From positions 496,001-560,000 of the forward strand of contig VRMN01000003.1 in the NCBI GenBank assembly GCA_008690995.1: DNA of 64,000 bases. Reading direction: 5' to 3'. The position numbers and the translations under genes are program-made. Under the pieces are notes generated by a model, which saw only the letters and a list, made by a program, of their open reading frames with translations, was not told the DNA's origin and did no database searches. Source of the DNA: Porphyridium purpureum. Lineage: Eukaryota. Shown here piece after piece: positions 41,942 through 53,210 of the stretch; position 1 is the stretch's first letter; each line of letters opens with the position of its first letter.

Positions 41942-42898
41942 CTACCCACTCCTTTCGGCGCGACATCCTGTGCCTGAGAACCTTCCGGTGCGTGACGACT
42001 CACAAACGCTTGCAAAAGCGGCTAGTGCAATACTAGTACCAGCGTCTTCCTCCCCATTCCTACGGCCAGAGCAACTTTTTGTTCCGCTGCCTTCTCCAGT
42101 CACTGCCGTGTTCCCGCAGGAGCCTGTCTCTCTCTTGAAGCCAGCATTGCTCGAGCCAAAACCGTTTGCATCGAGTGCTGCCTGTCGCGGTATGTGTACC
42201 TTTGGATCACGATCACAACGGGTGGCCCGCAAGTACCGCTCGAGCGCCGGCAGCTCACTTGCCGATACTGGCTCTGGACCTGATCTCTCAGCCGCTGCGT
42301 CAATCACTGCCTTCGCCACTCTGTTCAGTTGCCACGCTTGACCCGCCTTCTCCCTCTGCAGTGGATGGCTCGGCTAGATCTGGGTCTCGACGGGCCGGCT
42401 CAACGGCGGTACCCGTAGTCCCGACAAGCCACCCTGCTCAACGGTCGCTCAATTCAGGACCCTCGCCACCGCGCCTTTCTCTCCGCCAAGGTGCACAATC
42501 TTTTTGGCTGCTGTCGGTTCCAGAGTCGCACTTGAAAACCACTTCGCAAACATTGCATTCGCTCGCCCACTCCACATCTCCGCTTCATCCACCAACACAG
42601 GACATGCCTTTCCCTTCTCCACTTGAATTGTCTTCGCCTGATTCATTGTCCGCTCTCAGGGCTTGGCCGATAGCGTCAGCTTGACCACAACCGGACCGGC
42701 TCGGCCGTAGGCTGCCTACTCCAGTCCATTCCATGTCATCAGACGCGACGCAATCTCCACATCCACGCTCGCCCTGATGTGTTGAGCTTGCATCACCGGT
42801 AAGTCCCTTTCCTCATCCAATGCCCAAACCTGCTCTGCATGCAGTCTCGCTCGCAGCTTCACCGCCGTCGGGTCTAAATCCGAAGCCCGTTCCGCACT
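41942..42898 (-). pseudogene. Possible decayed coding sequence (gene or transposon relic)
   Basis: Track ORFs 42449-42646 and 41942-42319 share a frame that extends to ~42898 with only four internal stops. No family recognised. Confidence 0.25.
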
Positions 42899-45800
42899 TT
42901 ATCGCATTCGTCGGCACAGGGGATACGTGCTCCGAGCCCGATAGGCCCTTGTCACGGAGTGTGCCCGACCAATGCAGATGGTTTTCCGATGACAAGAACG
43001 ATATCCATTTGCATTAGCCGTCTCCCGTACCAGCTGCATGAAAGGACAGGTCGTCCGCCCTGCTCTCAGACCCGGAGAGTGTGCCGGTCATCGGCAATGT
43101 GGTAGACGGAACTGCAACTGTAGCTTCCTCGCCAAGACCACATCCACTTCCGGAGCCAATCCATCAGAGTCTGCCCGGGGCACTCTATACAGAAGAAGAC
43201 TGCGATTCATGGGCGAGCATCAGTCCTCGCGTACGAAACATAGCCGCGGCATCGACAACCCTGCCTCTGTCTCGCCCCGCGAGCGGGCTTCGATGGACGT
43301 CCATTTCACATGATGTGCCAGACGACTACGGACACAGTGAGTACGGAACCGTATGACTCGTGTCCAGCCCGTTGTCTGTATTGGAGCCTGGCGGAGAAGA
43401 CACGGGCTAATCCGTGTTCAGATTTCGTTGGAAATGACCGCGCTTTCCTCCTCGAAAAAGTGGATGCCTGACATCATCCTTTGATCCATCCGACCAATGG
43501 TGCGGGAACAGTTTCAATAAGGGTTGACCTCTGCTACACGACATTCTGCCGGCGAATGACATCAGAAATTCAAGACATACTTTTCCCAAACTTCAAGGCC
43601 ATCGAAACTCTTTGCTTGGTTTGCTGAAGAGGCCAGGTCTCGTGTTCTACTTGCTGTTGCTCCCGTTTCAGTGTTCAAGTGACGTGCCATGGTGGGTTTT
43701 GAATGCACCGGGCACTACGACGTATACAGCCCTATTGTAGGTACGCACGCTGTCTCGATGTCGCGGAGAATCTGTGCGGCTTCCCTAGAGTCAACCGAGG
43801 GAGAGAGAGTGACATACGTCTAGTAACGAAACCAGTTGTACCTGGCGTGCGTAAAAAAAATACCAATTCACAGCTATCATGATGCTGCTCTGCTCGGCAT
43901 CGTGGGATCATTCACATGCTCTGATGCGTCAAACACAGATTACGTGGTCTGCTTAGTTCCACATTCTTCCAGACAATCTTCTTCATCATGAAGCGATCAA
44001 TTTTTCAAGAAAGAGTTATGCAGCATACTGCGCTTGTGATTCCTGACGTCTTTCTTGGAATCAAGAGCATGGACGCTCCGAGGACCCGGAGATTTCTTCG
44101 CCCGAAAATGCGCTTTTCGCACATGATGATGAAAATCTAGAGTTTGAGAAGGGACACTTCTACGCTTGTGCCGATCAAACTCGGCGTCGCTTCCAGTGAG
44201 CAACTGTTTCACGGCGACATTTCTCATGTGTCTGTCCGGCACCGCGCATGCGACAAGTATAGGCGCCAGGCCAGGCTCGGTGTCAAAGTGTACAATCCTT
44301 CCCAGCCGCTCTTCAAAGGCACTTCGCTTGGGCATGCCTTGCTCTCCAAGCCCTTCTGCGGATAGCGCGGTGAATCCGCGATCTGATCCGGAATATTAAT
44401 GTGTCATCGGATGGCAAGAAAGGCATCCGATTCGAACGAGTCGGACAGATAATGTCTTGTCTCGATCATCGTCTGGCCTTCCAGCATCGTGGAATTGAGA
44501 TCTGATGAGGGGCGAAAGTGCAGGTAGTATAAATGCTTCAAAAGTGTGTGCCCCTTGCAGAACATGTCCATTTGTAGGTCATACATTTGCATGGGTGTGG
44601 CGGGAAGCTGCCAAGGCGCACTTGCTATGTTGTTGCCTCGTATAGCTGGCCCGGTCTCGATCGTTCCAAACGTGATCTCGAGTCGTTCAAGGAAGCGAAG
44701 AAACGGTGATCCTAAGCTCTCTGGCGCAAATGCTGCACTAGCATACGCAGCAGTCAAGTCGATCAAGCCTTCTCCGATGTTTCTGGACGCGGCTCCCGTT
44801 CCGATACACTCGCCAGACACGCCGCCGAACGGCGAACGGCCTTAGCTGTTCCAGCCTTCTCGCACGAGTGGCTCGTGAGGTCGCGAACCCACACATATTC
44901 TTCCTTTTGCTTTTTTTTGTTTTGGAACCCGTGGCTCGTTTCCTTGCTTCCACTCTTGATACAGCGTGTCCTTTGTCTGGCTTACCTTTCCTCTCGCAGG
45001 CGCCTGTCACGACGTGATCGACGGCGCCTTCGCTGCTCATGACGTTTCTCCGGTTTGCGATACAACCGCATGCTTAATTTCGCAGCAGAATAATGGTACC
45101 GCGAGGCGTTCTCCAGCGATGTACGCTCCTGGCGGAAGTGGACCGGCTTCGCGCGTTACCGGCTTGGCAGGCCCTTCTCCTTGCCGGCACGCATTTCCGT
45201 GAAGAACATATTGTGACTCCGCCGACGTGGCTTTATGTGAAACACCCACCCGCCCCAGCTTACCAGCGAGCCATGCGCCAGTTTCACCCGAAGCACAGAC
45301 GGTACATGTTTTTCGGCTTCATCAACCATTAATTGTCGACAGGGTGCCCGAAGCTGTCGCCAGCATTGCGCGTCAACTGCTCGCGAGAAATCTCGGGACA
45401 CTAATCATCAGTGCAATCGACCAGGTGACGAAATTTCATGCTCACCGGTTTTCGGCACTCCTGTGTACGCATCATGATGACCTGCCTCGACACCTGTCCA
45501 ACTTCAGTGTCCGTGCTGCCGAATGTCAAGCACGAATGCGAAGAATGAATCTTTTGTCACTGACAGAGCACGTGCCGGTGCTTTTCCAGGTCCTCAGGGT
45601 TCCAGGAAACTCTCTGCGGAGGCGTTTGTGCGTGTGTTTCCCGTGGTGTGAAAACATCGGGATTGCATAGATCTCGATGATGCACAGCTGGTTACCGAAT
45701 CTATTGACAGTGTGTGGAACGTCGCATTTCGAGGCAGGCATTGATCCTGCACCTGAAGCACGATCACGAAAGCCAGCCCTAGTCTAGCCGGCTCGGTGCG

Positions 45801-45973
45801 GGAGCGAAAGGAAGTAGGTAACAATGAATTTGTCCTAATCTTGTCTACGCGTCGACTTTACATGTTTCTCGTTTCTATTTCCTCGTTGAACGTGAACATC
45901 TCGAATTCAGCTTGTCAGAGTTTGCCACGTGTCATCAATGTCCTCACATTCCATCAGTTTCCATTTCGTCACG

Positions 45974-46939
45974 TCATTCGCGCTTCAAGCGTTCTCCTAG
46001 TTGCTCGGTCCGCATCTTCAAGTTTTCGTGTAGACATTGCAGCTCCTCAAGCGAGCACACAATCGCCTCGTCATCCGCGAACTTGTCGAACCAAACCTGC
46101 AACTTGCTGTGTGTTGATGCAAGCGTATCTTTAGCGTGGCCGAGTACCAAAAATGCCTCAGTCATGTCTACCAAGCGATGCTCTAGCTGACGAATTGTCC
46201 TTGTGAGTTGCTCGTCAAGTGCCACGAGCTCTGCCTTCATGTCCGTGCGCTCCTCCGCGAAAGATCTCACGGAGTGGCCCTTATTGGAAACCAGCATCAT
46301 GATTTTCGTGCCAGGTTCGCAGATACCCAACGTGCGCAGAAGTGTCTTGTCAGTTGGCTCGCGGCCCTTGCACAGAAGGCGCAGATGGTATGGTCGCAAA
46401 TGAACCCCAAGCTCGTCACACAACGGGGAGCACTGACCGCGCCCATCACGATCACGGCAAATGCTCGCGAGCGCATGCTTGACGCTTTCGATTGACGGAG
46501 ATTCCGTGTTGGCTGGGTGAACATGAAAACACAGCTGCTTGTATCGAACTTCCACGTAAAACGTGTGCTCGGTCGATCCGCAAATGATTACACTTTTTGC
46601 CCCCGTCTTTACGGCGCGCGTAGACGACGCGCCGGACAGAGCGCTGCTGGTCACCTCATTCTGGGAACTCTTGACAGATGACACCTGTGTATCTGTCAAT
46701 CCAGCAGCATGCGAAATGAGTAGCAGCCGTGCCCGTGGTCCTTTCATCCCGCAGGTGCGCAGCGACGCCGAATCGTGCAACTGCTTACCCTTATGAAAGA
46801 GTCGCACATTCTCTGCCGTCGTGGGAATTCCCTCCGTCTCGCAAAGGCGCTGCTTCAGCCACAGCACTGACCTACCCGCGTCGCATTCGTCAACATGCAC
46901 GGAGAATTTTCGCGCTTTGTGCTGGATTTCCAGCTCCAT
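45974..46939 (-). CDS. Protein with two ubiquitin-like domains and a C-terminal helical (BAG-like?) region
   Basis: UBL1: LKQRLCETEGIP...VRLFHKGKQLHDSASLRTCGMK. UBL2: VKHALASI...LRLLCKGRE..DKTLLRTLGI..GTKIMML. Confidence 0.7.
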   Translation of the reverse strand: MELEIQHKARKFSVHVDECDAGRSVLWLKQRLCETEGIPTTAENVRLFHKGKQLHDSASLRTCGMKGPRARLLLISHAAGLTDTQVSSVKSSQNEVTSSALSGASSTRAVKTGAKSVIICGSTEHTFYVEVRYKQLCFHVHPANTESPSIESVKHALASICRDRDGRGQCSPLCDELGVHLRPYHLRLLCKGREPTDKTLLRTLGICEPGTKIMMLVSNKGHSVRSFAEERTDMKAELVALDEQLTRTIRQLEHRLVDMTEAFLVLGHAKDTLASTHSKLQVWFDKFADDEAIVCSLEELQCLHENLKMRTEQLGERLKRE

Positions 46940-47686
46940 AGTCTACGTTCTCACACTGTGCGGGGCCGTTGCAAGGTCCACGACTTCGATGACGACAAAA
47001 TGCATGGGCTTTGCTGATATTTGCAGTCGTGTCTTGCGGGCGGGCGCCGCGTTCATACTCGTAGTGGAGAGACCAATCCGCGCGTCGCGCGCACCCTGCC
47101 ACCTGCGAGCATGCGTGCCGGCCCTCCGTATCTCCGCACCGCGCTGCCTCGCGCCGACCCCACGCCGGGCAGTGTACTCCTCTCTCAGCACTGAACCTAT
47201 TTAACCGCCAAATATTAAAATAATGGGCGAGCATTAAAATATGCGGTTGCACGTTCTCGTGCTGTGCTTACACACTGGCGCGGCGTGTGTCCAGTGCGTG
47301 TGTTCCACAGCGCGCCTGTCGGCACCCCCTCCGTTTCCGCCACAACGGTCATCTTCTTTTTTTGCCCCTCAGATTTGCGGCGCTGCGAGCGCGTGTCTAT
47401 CGCGTCAGCTGCGTGGTGTCTCGAAATTTGTGTGGCGTGTCCGCGCGGAAAGTGCTGATGGTCGACCCCTCCCCAACCCGGCTACATCGTGTCCAACCAA
47501 TGCGGGAAATAGTTGTGTCGCGTCTCGGAAGCTGAGGTGGGGCGTGCGTACGGTGTTACTTAAGCGGAGAGTCCGGTGCCCGGGAAGGCTGGTAGGAGGA
47601 GGGAGCACGTGCGTGGTGGACAAGAGCGACGCTCACGTGCACGCAGGGAGCACACAGGGAGGGATAAAAGATTGCGCCAGGCGAGC

Positions 47687-48319
47687 ATGGCTGTCACGTT
47701 GGTCATGGCGCCGCATGATAGCCGCGCGCACGAAGGGAAGGCCGCCGACACGATTGTGGCTGCGCGCCAGAAGACAGACCAAGCGCAAGAGCAGCAGGTG
47801 CTTGAGCATGATGAGCGGGCTCAGTTCAAGGCGGTCCCAGAAGGCGAAAGCGACGCGTACCGCGAGCGCCTGGTCGCCAAGCTGTGCACCATCCTCGACT
47901 TGAGCAGGTCGCAAAATGTGAACATGCCGCCAGCCGATAGCTTAGAGAGCATGTTCTACTCAGTCACCAAGCAGGCGTTCTCCCTGGAGTTCTACATTCG
48001 GCGCGTCGTACTCTATCTGCCAGACTGCTCCGCGTCGGTCTTTGTCGCTGCGGTTTACTACCTCGCCAAGCTGCAGGCCGCAAACCCCATGCTGGCTTTG
48101 AACGAAATGAACATCCATCGCTTGTTTTTGACAGCCGTCGTCGTGGCCACAAAATTTGCCGAGGATCTGGGCTACTCGAATGGGTACGTCGCCAAAGTGG
48201 GCGGAATCCAGTCGGTCAAGGAAATGAACCGCATGGAAGTTGTCTTCCTCAAGTTTCTCGAGTACAACTGCTTCATCGAGCCGGAAGTGTATGACGAGTT
48301 CGCGAAACTCGTGTTTTGA
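47687..48319 (+). CDS. P/U-type (PHO80-like) cyclin
   Basis: SLEFYIRRV, CSASVFVAAVYYL, NIHRLFLTAVVVATKF.ED..YSN...AKVGGI...EMNRMEV.FL. ATG at 47687. Confidence 0.9.
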   Translation: MAVTLVMAPHDSRAHEGKAADTIVAARQKTDQAQEQQVLEHDERAQFKAVPEGESDAYRERLVAKLCTILDLSRSQNVNMPPADSLESMFYSVTKQAFSLEFYIRRVVLYLPDCSASVFVAAVYYLAKLQAANPMLALNEMNIHRLFLTAVVVATKFAEDLGYSNGYVAKVGGIQSVKEMNRMEVVFLKFLEYNCFIEPEVYDEFAKLVF

Positions 48320-49337
48320 GGACCGACGTTTTTCCGTCTGCGACATTTTTTTTCCCAGCGAAGCTGACGTCTCAACGCTGACTCAACCCGTTGCGATTGT
48401 TTGAATTGGATTTGAATGTCTGGTTTTCTTTTCCAAGTCGTGCACAAGTCGTTCGCATCCGGGAAAGGATTTATCGTTGCCAGCGCATACGATCTTCGTG
48501 CGAGACCAGACACGTTCAGTTGGTGGCGGCGCCGCATGGACTTGCCACGCGGCCGCCGTCATCTCTAATGATCGACTATGACTTTCTTCATCATGTGGCT
48601 ATCTGATTCTTGGAGGAAAAGAAAGGGTGCTGAACGGGCGACGGAGCTTTGCCGAGACTTGTCGACTCGCTGGCTCTCGAGATCTCGTCCATGCAGCGGA
48701 TGTACGGGCCCTGCTCCGCTTCAACTTTCAGAATGCTTTTGTTTTGGAATCTAGCGTGCGCTTGTTTTGGCGGCTCGCTCTATCTGCGTGGACACGGACA
48801 GGAGGTTGGGGACGCATGTGACAACACTTGTCCGTTCGCAGATATTCTTGATCGGTCGGAAGCCGATTCGGGGCTGTAACTACGTGTATCTCATAGCATA
48901 AATAACCGCTTACTTTGTGAGACAGGCCAGTCAAGCCCATGTTGGGGCATGTGCGCGTGGCGCGAACGCCGTCACTATTGCGCGGCCAGCGCCTGCGGCC
49001 GCTCTTCCTGCGGTTTTGCGCGCGGCAGCATGGCAGCTTGTTGACCAACATGGCGCCGAAAGTGGCGGTTGAACCGGGTTCACTTCCACGTCGATTTCCT
49101 CCCCTCCCACCAACGGGGTACAGCGGCCGGGCAGAACACCCTCCCACAAGCGTCGGATTCGTCGACGCTTCTTGCACGCTTGCACGCGAGGCGCTTACAC
49201 GCGGTTGCGCCCACCCGCACCCTGTCACGCTCGCGCATGTAACCGGTCCTTCGACCAGCCCCGGCTCAATCCGGGAGGCTGCCCGGTCAAACCGCCATCA
49301 GCTTGCCGCGAAGGAGCACTCGCGTTGGCCACGAAAT

Positions 49338-50612
49338 ATGAGTGCCGAGGTGGACAACGGCGGCGTCGCCGCGCCGGCGGACGCATTGGACGAGCGTGCT
49401 CGGTTCGTGCTCGAGCGTGCCACCGTCGAATGCGTGCAGGCGTCGTGGCAGCTGCTCATGCAGCAGCGCTTCCCGTTCGCGCAGCACTTTTACGTGCTCT
49501 TGTTCGCCAGACATCCGCAGCTCGAGAGCATGTTTCCGCAGAACTGGGTCGCGCGCCAGCATCATCTCACAGATGTCCTGAACACAGTGGTGCACAGGCT
49601 GGGCGTGTTCGAGCAAGAGCTGGTGCCCGTCGTGCGTGCTCTAGGCCGCCGTCACGCATCGTACGGCGTCACGCAGTCCATGTTTGACCAGGTGGGCGAG
49701 TGTCTGCTCGAAACTTTGCGCAAGGGACTCAGAGACGCGGCCGATGAACACACCCTGGCCGCATGGGCACAAATGTACGGCGTTGTTGCCGCTGTTGCAT
49801 CTGCGGAGTGTCCTGTGTCGAAGAAGCATTCGGCCATGTGCACTCTCTGGTCAAGTGACGTGTTTCGGGCCGCTGTTTCTTCCAACAGTGCAGAGGTGTT
49901 CTGTGAGCAAGTGCGGTGCCCTGACTTCAAGTGGCAAGTGGTCGAGAAGACATGTGGCGCGGAAGAGCTACAGTTTGTGGTAGAGACGAGCGCAGAGCTT
50001 GACGTGAACACAAGTGGTGGCGAGAAAGGAGAGGCTCCTCTCATCTTCGACCTGACATCGTTAATGTCCGCGATTCTGGATGGCATGGGCGCCATCGTAG
50101 ATAAGTCATTCAGCAGGGGCGACCTTTCTGTGCACTGCTGTGATATTCTGCTTCAGCTCTCTAGGAGTGGCCTGACCGCGTCAAACGCGCAGGTTCTGTT
50201 CAAGTTCCTTCAGCGCGTGGTGTGCACTTTACTGCTTGCGTGCAATGTGGAACAATGCGGTCAATCACATCAACAAATCGAGTTGGAGCAGCGCTTTTGG
50301 GCGGACATTTTCGGGTGCTTTCTACAGCTCGTAGAAGAGCTCGAGACCGACTGGGAGCGACTGAGCACTCTTGAAGTCGAGCATATGTTGCCATGTTGCG
50401 ACGAAGAGTCGGCCTCCTCCAATCTTCCGCTCTCAAGAGCGCGTTCCAGTTTGAGATCGAACGACGGCCTTTCTTCGCGAAGATCGAGGTCCAAAAGTCT
50501 CAAATCCAACATCATCCGATTGCATGGCTACACCAGTAATTATCTTGAGCCCATCCCCGACGATGAAGAGGCTGAGGAAAGCTCGTCTAGCGACGAGGAT
50601 GCGGACAGCTGA
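49338..50612 (+). CDS. Globin-domain protein (3/3 flavohaemoglobin/Vitreoscilla-like globin plus unknown C-terminal region)
   Basis: VQASW, FY..LF..HP....MF (B10 Tyr, CD1 Phe), LGRRHASYGV (proximal His), VGECLL.TL, AAW..MY. Likely ATG 49338. Confidence 0.85.
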   Translation: MSAEVDNGGVAAPADALDERARFVLERATVECVQASWQLLMQQRFPFAQHFYVLLFARHPQLESMFPQNWVARQHHLTDVLNTVVHRLGVFEQELVPVVRALGRRHASYGVTQSMFDQVGECLLETLRKGLRDAADEHTLAAWAQMYGVVAAVASAECPVSKKHSAMCTLWSSDVFRAAVSSNSAEVFCEQVRCPDFKWQVVEKTCGAEELQFVVETSAELDVNTSGGEKGEAPLIFDLTSLMSAILDGMGAIVDKSFSRGDLSVHCCDILLQLSRSGLTASNAQVLFKFLQRVVCTLLLACNVEQCGQSHQQIELEQRFWADIFGCFLQLVEELETDWERLSTLEVEHMLPCCDEESASSNLPLSRARSSLRSNDGLSSRRSRSKSLKSNIIRLHGYTSNYLEPIPDDEEAEESSSSDEDADS

Positions 50613-50905
50613 CCTTAGCAGGGAAGTCGCTGGCTTCCTGTTGCGAAGCGTGCGCACATAGTAAACTTCTGCGTGAGACGGTTTTTCCATGTCGTTCGTG
50701 TCGCGAGCACTGCGCTGATACGGTGGATCGTGAGAAGCTTGATACCTGGCGATTTATCTTCTCAGGGATGGGAACTCGACCGCAGGTTGCGACACTTCAG
50801 CTGCACGTTGTGAATCATACAAATCAAAGCCTTTGTGCTCGGTAGCTTTTGTGTGTGGCGAGGACGAACGATCGCGCACGCATGTAAATCCACGTATCCT
50901 ATCCT

Positions 50906-52006
50906 ATGGCTCCGAGGAACGGCGCATCTTGCTTTGTGTCAGCCGTTCGGCCTGGAGCGCCGCGGTTTTGTCCTGCCTCACGTGCAGCCCAGTTTACCGA
51001 AGTCTCGCGGCACCGACAGACTGTGGGAGTGGTGGTGGCACCTGCACCTAGGTTTGCGGCGACGCGACGCTCTAGAGACGTTCGGGTTGAGAGCGCCGGA
51101 GATCAGTACGGAACGCAGACGAGTCTGCATGCAGGATTTCCGACAGGCCGCGAATGGGACGAGCTCGTGCAGGAATTTGAAACGCGGGCGGAGCAAGCGG
51201 GAAATGGCGGGGTGCAGCCACTGGATCTGCGCGATGAGCTGGCGGTAGTGAATGGGCAGTTCGGTCAGCGTAACCCGCAGGTGTACGCGAGTATGCCTGT
51301 GATCGAGACGGCATTTATGGCGGCTCTGATGGTGGTGTTGTGGTTCCTCGGGCGCTACTTGAAACTCGACGCGTTCCTGGTTCTCACCTACCCTTTGCCC
51401 ATTTTTTTGCTTGCGCTGCGATGGGGATTGAGGTACGCCGCCGTAGGCTTTCTCATGGCGTGCTTAATGATCTCGCTTCAAATGGGCCTATTATTTGGAA
51501 TCTCGTATCTGTGCAACCAGGGCGTCATGAGTATCATGTTTGCGATTGGCATGTTGCTGCCCATCCATTGGTGTTTCGTTCTCGTTCTGGGTTCGCTCGG
51601 CAAGATGACTGGCATTCTGATGAGCATTCAGATAAGTGGATTTGTATTCCGCGAGGACATTTGGGATCTGGTACGCAAACAGGCTGTGGCCGTGTGCGAA
51701 ACCGTTATGAAAGTGATCGCCGCGAGCAAGGCTAAGGGCGGCGCAGTGCCGGAAGCCGTAAAAATCGGCGCGCCGACGTCAGCTGCAATCAATCGAGCCA
51801 TGCTGGGCCTGCTCGTTTTCAGCTCCGTATACAGCGCATTCTTCACGTATCTTATCTCGAGTTTTGTGCTCGAAAACTACTCGTACATGCTGCGCAAACG
51901 CGTTACCTTGATTCCGGTCGTCGAGTACCTGCGCAAGCGAAGGCAACGACGGCTCGAAAAACAGATAAAGCGTGAGCAAGATCGAAAATATGTCGAGCGC
52001 GGATAA
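50906..52006 (+). CDS. Plastid-targeted DUF2232 (YybS-like) membrane protein
   Basis: Transit-like N-terminus, then IETAFMAA...YPLPIFLLALRWG typical of the cyanobacterial/plant DUF2232 family; several TM helices. Confidence 0.75.
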   Translation: MAPRNGASCFVSAVRPGAPRFCPASRAAQFTEVSRHRQTVGVVVAPAPRFAATRRSRDVRVESAGDQYGTQTSLHAGFPTGREWDELVQEFETRAEQAGNGGVQPLDLRDELAVVNGQFGQRNPQVYASMPVIETAFMAALMVVLWFLGRYLKLDAFLVLTYPLPIFLLALRWGLRYAAVGFLMACLMISLQMGLLFGISYLCNQGVMSIMFAIGMLLPIHWCFVLVLGSLGKMTGILMSIQISGFVFREDIWDLVRKQAVAVCETVMKVIAASKAKGGAVPEAVKIGAPTSAAINRAMLGLLVFSSVYSAFFTYLISSFVLENYSYMLRKRVTLIPVVEYLRKRRQRRLEKQIKREQDRKYVERG

Positions 52007-52033
52007 TACGACCATAAAGCTGCGCAATGTCAA

Positions 52034-52054
52034 ACACACACACACACACACACA
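52034..52054. repeat. (AC)10 microsatellite
   Basis: acacacacacacacacacaca seen directly. Confidence 0.9.
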
Positions 52055-52277
52055 TGCACGCATGCACCCGCGAAAACACACACACGCACGAAAGTAAACA
52101 CGTATAAAAGTTCTCTGGATCATCGTCATTTACAGGTGATAATCTTTTCTGTTGAATGAGAAGTACGGCGAGACGGCCACATAGAAATGAGTCAAGTTCG
52201 TCCGTCGTTTCGCGCGAATCACTTCGCTGGCGCAGCACTAGGGCGTACTGCGTGGACAAAATATGCCTGAGAAGGGA

Positions 52278-53210
52278 TCAAAATGTGAGACTTGTGTGTC
52301 CTTTGAATGTACATATCCGCACGTTGTGACCATGCCGGCCACACTTGTTGCAGACGAGATCGGCCTTGTCGCCCGCGGCGCTTTTGTGCACAATATGTTG
52401 CAAGTGTGCATAAATTGCCCGTAACATTTCGAGGAATAGTTCGTACGAAAACTCACGTGCGCCGTGGATTTTCTCGTCCGGTCCGATAACCGGACCCATG
52501 TATTCATCCTCTGAACTTTGTAGGAGTGCATCCAGACTGTCTTGCAATTCCAGAGCAGCCGCAATTTCTTCGTCACGCGAGAAGAACTCGATGAACTCGC
52601 GATACAGAGGGTGATTGCACTTGATCCCTGACTTCAACGCCCCCCACCCAACTGTGGCAGCGATCATAAAAGTCCAAACGGCCAGCACGCCGCACACCAC
52701 GTTGGCGACCTGATTCACTGCGCGATCGATACATGAGGTTATCATGTACACGCCATAGCTTACCTCGTCTGGTGACCGCACGGATAGGCTCAGGTTCAGT
52801 GCCTTTGCCTTTGCCTGGAGCCACAGGAGGTCTCTCCTTAGCAGGTCCGAGCATGTTCCAACAACTTCGCGGCTCTTCACAGACAAGGATATGGTGCGAG
52901 CGTCTTTACCGTGGCTCGTCCCGCCGACAAGCCGGCTGCTCGCAGCGGCAGCGGCGATGCTTGCGAGCTTCTGATCAATAGTCTGGCAGGCGCTCAACAG
53001 CTTCTCGTTGATCATCACGCGGTCAGCTATCCATGCGTGAAAGAATGGCTCGCGCATTGTGCTCATTTTGACTTCGCCGTAAAACGAGCTGACGGTCACT
53101 CGCGTCCAATCGTTGTGACTGTCCAGTATCCACTGCCCGGTCAGCCCGAGGCCCGCGCCATCAGCATACGAACCGCCCTGCGGCGAGCTCTTACTCGACC
53201 CATCCGCCAT
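52278..53210 (-). CDS. Uncharacterised protein with one hydrophobic segment and a C-terminal CCHC zinc knuckle
   Basis: CNKCGRHGHNVRIC (C-x2-C-x4-H-x4-C). Start is ATG 53210 or further upstream at 53270. Confidence 0.7.
   Translation of the reverse strand: MADGSSKSSPQGGSYADGAGLGLTGQWILDSHNDWTRVTVSSFYGEVKMSTMREPFFHAWIADRVMINEKLLSACQTIDQKLASIAAAAASSRLVGGTSHGKDARTISLSVKSREVVGTCSDLLRRDLLWLQAKAKALNLSLSVRSPDEVSYGVYMITSCIDRAVNQVANVVCGVLAVWTFMIAATVGWGALKSGIKCNHPLYREFIEFFSRDEEIAAALELQDSLDALLQSSEDEYMGPVIGPDEKIHGAREFSYELFLEMLRAIYAHLQHIVHKSAAGDKADLVCNKCGRHGHNVRICTFKGHTSLTF

Noticed and set aside
43900..45900. Possible LTR-retrotransposon pol remnant
   Set aside because: No RT, RNase H, integrase or protease motifs could be identified in the short ORFs.
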